Shown: positions 25,799 to 32,000 of the stretch, one piece after another
Position numbering within the stretch: the first letter of the stretch is position 1
How the letters are laid out: each line of letters opens with the position of its first letter
Assembly: GCF_900199515.1 (NCBI RefSeq)
Contig: NZ_LT963434.1
Coordinates: forward strand, 1,772,180 to 1,804,179
DNA from: Massilicoli timonensis
GTDB lineage: Bacteria > Bacillota_I > Bacilli_A > Erysipelotrichales > Erysipelotrichaceae
Length of the DNA: 32,000 nucleotides
Direction: 5' to 3'
Position numbers and translations under genes: made by a program
The notes under the pieces: generated by a model
Database searches by the model: none
What the model was told of the DNA's origin: nothing
The model's input: only the letters and a program-made list of their open reading frames with translations

Positions 25799-26801
25799 TA
25801 ATCTGATTCATGGCGCAATTTACTTATCTTCGGATTATCAGGTAAACGGCAGCTATGATTTCACTTCGATCTATGCGCAGCTAAAGTCTTTTCTTGTTGA
25901 TTATGATATTGCCAATATCAATCAGGAAACGGTATTGGGCGGTACACAGCTGGGATTGAGCCATTACCCAAGCTTCAACTCTCCTCAGGAGATCGGCGAT
26001 GCGATTGCCGATGCCGGATTTAACTGGGTCTCACAGGCAAGCAATCATTCATTGGATGCCGGCGCTGCCGGAATCATTTCGGCAATGGATTTCTGGGATC
26101 GTTATCCGGATGTAGTTACGACTGGCATCAACCGCAGTGAAGAAGAAGCCGCACGTCCGCGCATCATGGAAGTAAAAGGGGTCAAGGTCGGCCTGTTGAA
26201 TTACAGTTATGGCTTTAACGGATATGTAGAGCCGGAAGATTTTTATTGCAATGAAATTGATAAAGCGAAGATCAAAAAGGATTATGAACAGCTGAAAGAA
26301 GCGGGCTGTATCGTTGTTCTTGCCAGTATGCACTGGGGGCAGGAATACCAGTTTTCTTCAAATGAAGAACAGCGTGAATTGGCGCAGTTTTTGGCGGATC
26401 TCGGCGTAAATGTCATCATTGGCGCGCATCCGCATGTTGTTCAGGAAACGACCTTTCTTACCGGAAAGAACGGAAATCAAACACTTGTAAACTATTCCCT
26501 GGGAAATATTCTAAGCGCGCAAGATGAAAATTACACGATGCTGGGTGCGCTCATGACTTGTGAAATCGTAATTGACGGAAACAGCAACGAAGTTACGATC
26601 GAACAGGCAAAGGTATATCCGACGGTCAATTACTATGAGGCATATGGCGGCTCTTGGCATAATTTCCAAATTTATCTGCTGCGCGACTATAACGACACGC
26701 TGGCATCGACTCATGCCGTTGCCAATACGACCGTAGCATATTTGAATGACCTGTGTGATCAGGTATATGGGGAGGTGAAGGACATCGAAATTGTCCGCTG
26801 A
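25632..26801 (+). CDS. CapA/PGA_cap family metallophosphatase-like lipoprotein
   Basis: GGAGGAAGG then ATG 25632. The signal peptide MKRRTRVLFLTLITALFMSGC has a lipobox. An E/K-rich linker follows, then ISLAAVGDNLIHG...NHSLD...MHWGQEY...GAHPHV blocks of the CapA family. Confidence 0.8.
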   Translation: MKRRTRVLFLTLITALFMSGCANGEQSEKEEGKEPPKQSETTEKEDTRISLAAVGDNLIHGAIYLSSDYQVNGSYDFTSIYAQLKSFLVDYDIANINQETVLGGTQLGLSHYPSFNSPQEIGDAIADAGFNWVSQASNHSLDAGAAGIISAMDFWDRYPDVVTTGINRSEEEAARPRIMEVKGVKVGLLNYSYGFNGYVEPEDFYCNEIDKAKIKKDYEQLKEAGCIVVLASMHWGQEYQFSSNEEQRELAQFLADLGVNVIIGAHPHVVQETTFLTGKNGNQTLVNYSLGNILSAQDENYTMLGALMTCEIVIDGNSNEVTIEQAKVYPTVNYYEAYGGSWHNFQIYLLRDYNDTLASTHAVANTTVAYLNDLCDQVYGEVKDIEIVR

Positions 26802-26802
26802 T

Positions 26803-27255
26803 ATGGCAAATCGAAAAGTCATTGCATATAACCGCAAAGCCGCGCATGATTACTTTTTGGAGGATCGCTATGAAGCGGGGCTGGTGCTGACCGGTACCGA
26901 GATCAAGTCGATTCGTAAAGGCAAGGTGCAGTTAAAGGATTCTTATATCAGTTTTGTCAATCAAGAGGCTTTTATCAAAGAAATGCACATTGCGCCTTAT
27001 GATTTCGGCAACCGTTTTAATCATGATGAAACCAGGATCAGAAAACTGTTATTACATCGTGAAGAAATCCGCAAGTTACAGCAGAAAGTAAAATTAAAAG
27101 GCTATACGATCGTTCCGACTTCACTGTATTTAGAAAAGGGGTTAGCCAAATTGGAAATCGCACTTGCGAAAGGAAAGGAACTGCATGACAAGCGGCAAAG
27201 TGAAAAAGAAAGAGATGCAAAGCGTGAAATTGCAAAGGCGATGAAGCGCTATTAG
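26803..27255 (+). CDS. smpB: SsrA-binding protein SmpB
   Basis: MANRKVIAYNRKAAHDYFLEDRYEAGLVLTGTEIKSIR...LLLHREEI is the classic SmpB sequence. It lies immediately upstream of tmRNA. Confidence 0.95.
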   Translation: MANRKVIAYNRKAAHDYFLEDRYEAGLVLTGTEIKSIRKGKVQLKDSYISFVNQEAFIKEMHIAPYDFGNRFNHDETRIRKLLLHREEIRKLQQKVKLKGYTIVPTSLYLEKGLAKLEIALAKGKELHDKRQSEKERDAKREIAKAMKRY

Positions 27256-27257
27256 TG

Positions 27258-27285
27258 TTGTATTTCTCAAAATTTGAAGTATAAT
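27258..27285 (+). promoter_or_regulatory. Candidate promoter of ssrA
   Basis: TTGTAT (27258-27263), 16-nt spacer, TATAAT (27280-27285). The mature tmRNA 5' end is 30 nt downstream. Confidence 0.4.
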
Positions 27286-27315
27286 AAGAATACCTGCATG
27301 AGCAGGTCCTTACTT

Positions 27316-27697
27316 GGGGGTGTCATGGTTTCGACAAGGACAAGTTTGGTATGAACGGCAAGTCGAGTGGTTACGTAATAACCGACTAAACTTAAACGCA
27401 AAAACGAAATTAGCTAACCTGTTTGGTGGAAACCAGGCAGTAGCTTTCGCTGCCTAATCGCCTAATAACTGGCTCGCAGCCGTTAGTTGAAGGAGTGTCT
27501 TTCGCCTTCTTCTGATGTCAGAACAGAAAGAATAAGCGTGCGATCTCTCCTGCGTATCGCATGACGAAAACAAAGCGGGAACCCCGGCATATGCCTGTCT
27601 GTCGCTGTCTGCCGGATCGAAAGTACAGACTAAGCTTGTAGATGTTCATACGTGGGACTGTTTTTGGACAGGAGTTCGACTCTCCTCACCTCCACCA
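27316..27697 (+). ncRNA. ssrA: tmRNA (SsrA)
   Basis: The 5' end is GGGGGTGTCATGGTTTCGACAAGG. The 3' end is GGACAGGAGTTCGACTCTCCTCACCTCCACCA (T-arm plus acceptor, pairing with the 5' end). The internal tag frame GCA AAA ACG AAA TTA GCT AAC CTG TTT GGT GGA AAC CAG GCA GTA GCT TTC GCT GCC TAA (27398-27457) ends in ...AVAFAA. Confidence 0.95.
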
Positions 27698-27712
27698 TAG
27701 TTGATAGTGATT

Positions 27713-27742
27713 GCTCTAATATTTTTGATTAGAGCTTTTTTT
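27713..27742 (+). terminator. Rho-independent terminator of ssrA
   Basis: GCTCTAAT (27713-27720), loop ATTTTTG, ATTAGAGC (27728-27735), then T7. Confidence 0.85.
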
Positions 27743-28109
27743 ATAATGCTTCATGATGTTTTTTATGTGTTGTTAGATAGAGATATAAAAGTGATGCTTT
27801 CGTTTTTCAGCGGCTGAAATAGTCTTATTTTCTATTTTATAGATGATGCTTGATGTGAAAAACGCTTCACTTTAATACAGGAACAGTCAGTGGTCACGAT
27901 TCAAAGATCGCTTCATTTGCGCAGATATATTTTTTGCATGCAAGGAACATAGGAAAAACTGCATGAATCTCTAAAATATCTTTTCTTTTTTAATATTTAT
28001 GTTAATATAAAGTTGTAAAGAAAGAAAATAACAAATGATAACACATGGAAATAATAATCATCATAGAAAATAACCACTGCAAGTTCATAAGGAAAGCGAG
28101 GTGCACATA

Positions 28110-29075
28110 ATGAAAAAGAAAATAATCCTTTTGATGAGCATACTGTTGTTGGCAGGCTGTTCAAAGACAGTGGAAAAGAAGACACATCTTGAAATAAAAC
28201 CGATTCAGAGTACAGAAGAATTAAAGACTTTGGCTGATGATGAATGGATCATACTTTCCGATACTTATGTAACAGAGAACTGGAATGATCTGCCGCAGCA
28301 GCTTTATGATCGTGTATTTTATGTGGCGGATGTAAGCTTAAAAGACTTACAGGATTTAGAGGGGATGCAGATCACAGAAGGCATTTTACCTGATGAAACA
28401 AAACAATTCGATTTGGTTGGCCTTTACTGGAAGGAAGACGGCATCTATGTGCAGCAATTTCTCGATGTTGAGAACTGTGATGAATCCTATGTAAAAGCAC
28501 AGTTAAAAAATATACCTGTTTCCGCTTCTACGATTACCTTGATGCAGGATCAGTATACCCTCAGTGTATCGGCTATGGTGTTTTCACAGTCAACTGAGCA
28601 GCAAGGGGATATTTTGCGTTATGTAGAAGTACAAATTCAAACAGATGCGAAGATAGAGAACGGCAAAGTCGTATTTGATAATCGCAGTCCGAATCAGGAA
28701 GAAGCATATGGTCAGCTGCGTACGGGAGGACCTACGATATTAAACGAAGCGACGATCGAAACGCTTTATCAAAAAGATGCACAGACGATAGAGCGGCGAG
28801 CAAAAGATCTGTCTTTCCCGGTTACTTTAGATTATGGTCGTGAAAATGTGATTGAAGAGGAAGAAACAGGCGTGATCCCTGATGATTACCCATGTGTGGA
28901 ATATGTGGAACTGCAATATCACGATGCTGCGCAAATAAGCGAAAGTGTATCGCTTTTGAACGAAGTGAGAAAAGGAAGCAAACCGACAAAAATGCTGATT
29001 CAGTTTAACGGTTTCAAAGCGCAAGACAATACATGGGATGATTTTACGGCACAACTTACATTGTTTGACGAATGA
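28110..29075 (+). CDS. Putative lipoprotein, unknown function
   Basis: GAGGTG, then ATG 28110 six nt later. MKKKIILLMSILLLAGC has the classical LAGC lipobox. I recognise no domain. Confidence 0.7.
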   Translation: MKKKIILLMSILLLAGCSKTVEKKTHLEIKPIQSTEELKTLADDEWIILSDTYVTENWNDLPQQLYDRVFYVADVSLKDLQDLEGMQITEGILPDETKQFDLVGLYWKEDGIYVQQFLDVENCDESYVKAQLKNIPVSASTITLMQDQYTLSVSAMVFSQSTEQQGDILRYVEVQIQTDAKIENGKVVFDNRSPNQEEAYGQLRTGGPTILNEATIETLYQKDAQTIERRAKDLSFPVTLDYGRENVIEEEETGVIPDDYPCVEYVELQYHDAAQISESVSLLNEVRKGSKPTKMLIQFNGFKAQDNTWDDFTAQLTLFDE

Positions 29076-29152
29076 CTTGAAAATAATGGAAAATTAAGAT
29101 AAGATTAAATCGTAAAAAGATCAAGTATTTGATCAATTCTTTACAATGGGGC

Positions 29153-29181
29153 TTGACAATAATGTCGGAGGGTGGCAGAAT
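29153..29181 (+). promoter_or_regulatory. Candidate promoter with extended -10, upstream of the LRR surface-protein gene
   Basis: TTGACA (29153-29158), 17-nt spacer ending in TGg, CAGAAT (29176-29181). The predicted start site falls at the first units of the CAAA tract. Confidence 0.5.
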
Positions 29182-29185
29182 GTTA

Positions 29186-29221
29186 CAAACAAACAAACAA
29201 ACAAACAAACAAACAAACAAA
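29186..29221. repeat. Tetranucleotide microsatellite (CAAA)9
   Basis: Nine perfect tandem CAAA units counted by hand from C29186 to A29221. It lies in an intergenic region 146 nt upstream of ATG 29368. Confidence 0.95.
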
Positions 29222-29367
29222 TAGATAGCACATCTATAGTTTTCGTATTGGGAACAAGCATACAGGTAAATGAAAAGGGTGTATTTTGTCCATGTTATCG
29301 GGGACGAGATGCGCCTTTTCTTATGGCAAAAACAAGAAATCAATCATGAGGAAAGGTAGGGAAAATA

Positions 29368-31446
29368 ATGAAACAAAATAAGGTGCTGGCAATCTTGCTG
29401 GCGATCATGATGACGATGACCATGTTGCCGTCGATTGTTCTTGCACAGGGAGCAGATCCGAATATGTCCGGAAACTGCGGTGCAACACAAGAGGATCATA
29501 TAACATGGGAATTAAAGCAAAACAATGAAGACAGCTACAATCCAACTTATACTCTGATTATCTCCGGTGAAGGAGCAATGGCAGATTATGCAAGTCAGGG
29601 CGAGGTGCCATGGGGAGCTTATTTAGACAGTCAGATTACAGAGGGAATAGTGGAAGACGGAATTACACATCTTGGAGCACGTACATTTGTTTTAGCGAAA
29701 AAATTAGAGCATGTGAGCCTTCCACAATCACTTATTTCTATAGGAGAAAGTGCTTTTAATCAATCTTCACTTACTGAAATCACGCTTCCTGAAAATTTAA
29801 GAGAAATTGGAAAGAATGCGTTTTGGAAAGGATCGCTTGCCAAAGAAATTAAGATTCCGGAAAGTGTCACGGTCATCGGGGATCATGCCTTTAATGGCAC
29901 TCAAATCAATAAAGTAACACTACCCGCGGGTCTGCTTTCCCTAGGTACGGGAGCTTTTCAAGGTTCCCAGTTGACCCAGATGCCGGAAATCCCTTCTGGT
30001 ATTACCACTTTAACGACAACCTTTCAAAACTGCAAAAACATAACAGAAATCACAATCCCTTCACATGTCAGCGTACTTGATCGTACATTTATGGGGTGTA
30101 CTGCGCTGACTGAGATAACGATTCCGGAAACAGTGGAATCTTATATCGGTGCATTTAACGGCTGCACCGGTTTAACAAAAGCCGTTATTGAAAGTAAAGC
30201 AGACAATATCGGTGGAGATAATACTAATAATGCTTGGGGTGTGTTCGGAGGCTGCATAAACTTGAAAACAGTATCTGTCCCAGAGTGGGTAAAGGTGATC
30301 GGCATAGCTGCATTCAGAGATTGCTCGTCGCTGGAAACAACAGATTTTATTGAGCAAGCGACAGTCATTAAAAGTCAAGCATTTCAAAATTGCACTGCAT
30401 TAAAAGGCAGTTTACGTCTGGATGCTGTTACAATAGATGCACTTGCTTTTGATAATTGTTCAAATCTAGGTCCGCATATCAGTGTAGCAAACGCAGAAAA
30501 AATGCCAAGCGATGCATTTCGCGGCTGTGATGGGGTTAATGGAATCGTATATGCACAAATGATTTCCGGCGGCGCCAACGAATTTGATTCCAGAGCAGTT
30601 ACCGCTTTATTAAATGGCGGCACTTTCAAAGAAGGTACAGATCTCAATATTGCTACACTTGCTACACCGATCAAAAGAGATTATCGCTTTGAGGGATGGT
30701 TTACGCAAGATGGGACAAATGATATATGGGGTGATCAAATAAATATACCGGAAAGCGGCAAAACTTACTATGCGAAATGGATCGAAAAGACAGATACCGC
30801 AATATCATTCAAGGATAGCTTACAATTAGATAAAACATATGATAAACTGCCAATATCTTTATCATCAGCGGATTACACAGTAACCGCAGGTGCCGGTACG
30901 GTTGATTTCCGATATCAGATGAAAGACAAAGATACTTGGCAGGAGATGGATACTGCGCCGATCAATGCCGGGACTTATCGGGTAAAAGCAGTTGTTCTGG
31001 AAAATGATACGCATAAAAGTGCACAGACAGATTGGCTGACTTTTTCGATTGAAAAAGCTGAACCGCTTTATTATGTGCCAAATGATCTGAGCGCATATGT
31101 GGGAACAAAACTGGCAGATATAGCTCTTCCGGAAGGCTTTGCATGGAAAGACGGCGATATGCAGATAGGCGGCATCGGGGAGAAGCAGTACATTGCAATC
31201 TACACACCTGAGGATCAGGTCAATTACAAATGTGTTGAGGTGGCAATCAAAATCAATGTGAAAGCGCAAAGCGAAGTTTCAGATGATACGCATGCGCAAC
31301 TGCCGACGGATAAAAATGAGGATACAAATACCGGAATCCAAACCGGTGATAACAGTCATGTTTATACATGGGGGATGATGGCAATTCTTTCTGCCTTATT
31401 CATCAGCGGTGCATTTGTGATGAAACAAAGAAAAAACGACCGTTAG
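29368..31446 (+). CDS. Cell-surface BspA-type leucine-rich-repeat protein with Listeria-Bacteroides (Flg_new) repeat and C-terminal sorting-signal-like anchor
   Basis: The signal peptide is MKQNKVLAILLAIMMTMTMLPSIVLAQG. It has multiple ~23-aa LRR_5 units (IKIPESVTVIGDHAFNGTQINKVTLP, ITIPSHVSVLDRTFMGCTALTEITIP...). YRFEGWFTQDGT...KTYYAKW is the Flg_new repeat. The tail IQTGD + MMAILSALFISGAFV + KQRKNDR resembles an LPXTG-type signal. Confidence 0.85.
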   Translation: MKQNKVLAILLAIMMTMTMLPSIVLAQGADPNMSGNCGATQEDHITWELKQNNEDSYNPTYTLIISGEGAMADYASQGEVPWGAYLDSQITEGIVEDGITHLGARTFVLAKKLEHVSLPQSLISIGESAFNQSSLTEITLPENLREIGKNAFWKGSLAKEIKIPESVTVIGDHAFNGTQINKVTLPAGLLSLGTGAFQGSQLTQMPEIPSGITTLTTTFQNCKNITEITIPSHVSVLDRTFMGCTALTEITIPETVESYIGAFNGCTGLTKAVIESKADNIGGDNTNNAWGVFGGCINLKTVSVPEWVKVIGIAAFRDCSSLETTDFIEQATVIKSQAFQNCTALKGSLRLDAVTIDALAFDNCSNLGPHISVANAEKMPSDAFRGCDGVNGIVYAQMISGGANEFDSRAVTALLNGGTFKEGTDLNIATLATPIKRDYRFEGWFTQDGTNDIWGDQINIPESGKTYYAKWIEKTDTAISFKDSLQLDKTYDKLPISLSSADYTVTAGAGTVDFRYQMKDKDTWQEMDTAPINAGTYRVKAVVLENDTHKSAQTDWLTFSIEKAEPLYYVPNDLSAYVGTKLADIALPEGFAWKDGDMQIGGIGEKQYIAIYTPEDQVNYKCVEVAIKINVKAQSEVSDDTHAQLPTDKNEDTNTGIQTGDNSHVYTWGMMAILSALFISGAFVMKQRKNDR

Positions 31447-31484
31447 CGATCAACTGAATACTTCAAAACGATATCAAATCAATC

Positions 31485-31547
31485 GTGATCTTAAGCAAAG
31501 ATACTTCGATAAAACGAAGGATCTTATCACTTGAGATCACTTTTTTT
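31485..31547 (+). terminator. Compound hairpin terminator
   Basis: The outer stem is GTGATCTTAAG / CTTGAGATCAC (one mismatch). The inner stem is AAGATACTTCG / CGAAGGATCTT (one mismatch). A T7 run follows (31541-31547). Confidence 0.6.
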
Positions 31548-31842
31548 ATGCGTGAGAAACTCACTTTTTCTTTATCTGCTTCCATACGTGAATCTTGCCC
31601 TTGCGCTGTTCAAAAAAGTAATAAAATATACAGAAAAAAATAACAAACATTCATTTTTTCTTTCCGCTGAAAGCGGCAAAATCTTCACTGTTTATCTGCG
31701 TATTTACCACTTTTATCCAAAAAATAGCAGGGCAGGAAACATTTTTTGTACTTTACAAACAGCTGAAAACATGCTTCTTTTACCGTTCTTTTTTAGTTTA
31801 GGAATTGTCTTTTTCAAGCACAAATATTGAACTGAAAAAACA

Positions 31843-31871
31843 TTGAAAAGGCTTACGAACTCTTTTATGAT
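31843..31871 (+). promoter_or_regulatory. Candidate promoter of the PTS EIIA-like gene
   Basis: TTGAAA (31843-31848), 17-nt spacer, TATGAT (31866-31871). Confidence 0.35.
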
Positions 31872-31919
31872 ACAAATGCAAACAAGCAATACAGTTTCAT
31901 GAACAGGAGGTGAATGTGA

Positions 31920-32000
31920 ATGTTAAAGGACTTGACAAATGAAAAGCTGATCAGGCTTGGCATTGAGGCAAAAGACTGGGAAGATGCGATCAGAAAAGCC
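31920..32000 (+). CDS. PTS EIIA (fructose/mannitol-type, PTS_EIIA_2-like) protein, first 27 codons only
   Basis: AGGAGG (31905-31910), then ATG 31920. MLKDLTNEKLIRLGIEAKDWEDAIRKA resembles the N-termini of EIIA_2 domains. It is truncated by the window edge, so the call is tentative. Confidence 0.45.
   Translation, partial: MLKDLTNEKLIRLGIEAKDWEDAIRKA

Noticed and set aside
29056-29349. Track ORFs 29146..29349 (+) and 29056..29343 (-) with NKQTNKQT / FVCLFVCL repeats
   Set aside because: The periodic peptides are just the translation of the (CAAA)9 microsatellite. The ORFs have no SD, lie in an intergenic position, and overlap a promoter.
27698-31547. Genomic island integrated at the 3' end of tmRNA (lipoprotein + LRR protein)
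   Set aside because: tmRNA is a classic integration site and the region is AT-rich and accessory-looking. But I found no integrase and no downstream duplication of the tmRNA 3' end (GGAGTTCGACTCTCCTCACCTCCACCA), so there is no sequence evidence for an island boundary.
31531-31830. 99-aa TTG-start ORF downstream of the LRR gene
   Set aside because: It starts inside the terminator hairpin, has no SD, and lies in AT-rich low-complexity sequence. The region is more likely the promoter/leader of the PTS EIIA-like gene.

Overview
This is a low-GC Firmicutes-type chromosomal window. The evidence is secG-rnr-smpB-ssrA synteny, several DegV paralogues, and SD-led ATG/GTG/TTG starts. A gut Erysipelotrichia/Clostridia-like host is only a guess. 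Everything here is hand reading of the sequence plus family knowledge; no searches were run.

The window has four blocks.

(1) 1-11.4 kb is a co-oriented membrane-lipid synthesis and remodelling cluster. It holds a divergent PLD/cardiolipin-synthase-like gene, a GT2 glycosyltransferase, a PlsC-type acyltransferase, MgtC, a possible permuted-papain (YiiX/LRAT-like) protein, an extended SDR, DegV, a lipase(DUF2974)-DegV fusion, an HxxxD acyltransferase, a PAQR/hemolysin-III protein, a CDP-alcohol phosphatidyltransferase and a broken PAP2 gene. Three copies of a conserved ~45-nt intergenic motif punctuate it.

(2) 11.4-19.2 kb is a GC-richer, decayed mobile island. It starts with junction debris: an AI-2E transporter 3' remnant and a wHTH gene with an apparent G-run frameshift. 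Next come a sigma-70 region-4-like gene, a 570-bp ORF-poor stem-rich segment, a TnpW-like ORF and a large serine recombinase. Two single-gene units follow, an AlbA_2/Schlafen-like ATPase-regulator and an AAA_14/DUF4143 ATPase. Each has its own palindrome-guarded promoter, and each is followed by a diverged direct copy of a ~170-185 bp module that also follows the recombinase. This recombinase-adjacent, repeat-bounded cassette array is the most unusual structure in the window.

(3) 19.3-27.7 kb is core genes: a small membrane protein, a histidine phosphatase, a NifU-like + GGGtGRT pair behind a long structured leader, a lipoprotein, secG, rnr, a CapA-like lipoprotein, smpB and tmRNA.

(4) 27.7-31.5 kb holds a lipoprotein and a BspA-type LRR surface protein. 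The surface-protein promoter runs straight into a (CAAA)9 tetranucleotide tract, a candidate phase-variation switch. A PTS EIIA-like gene starts at the right edge.
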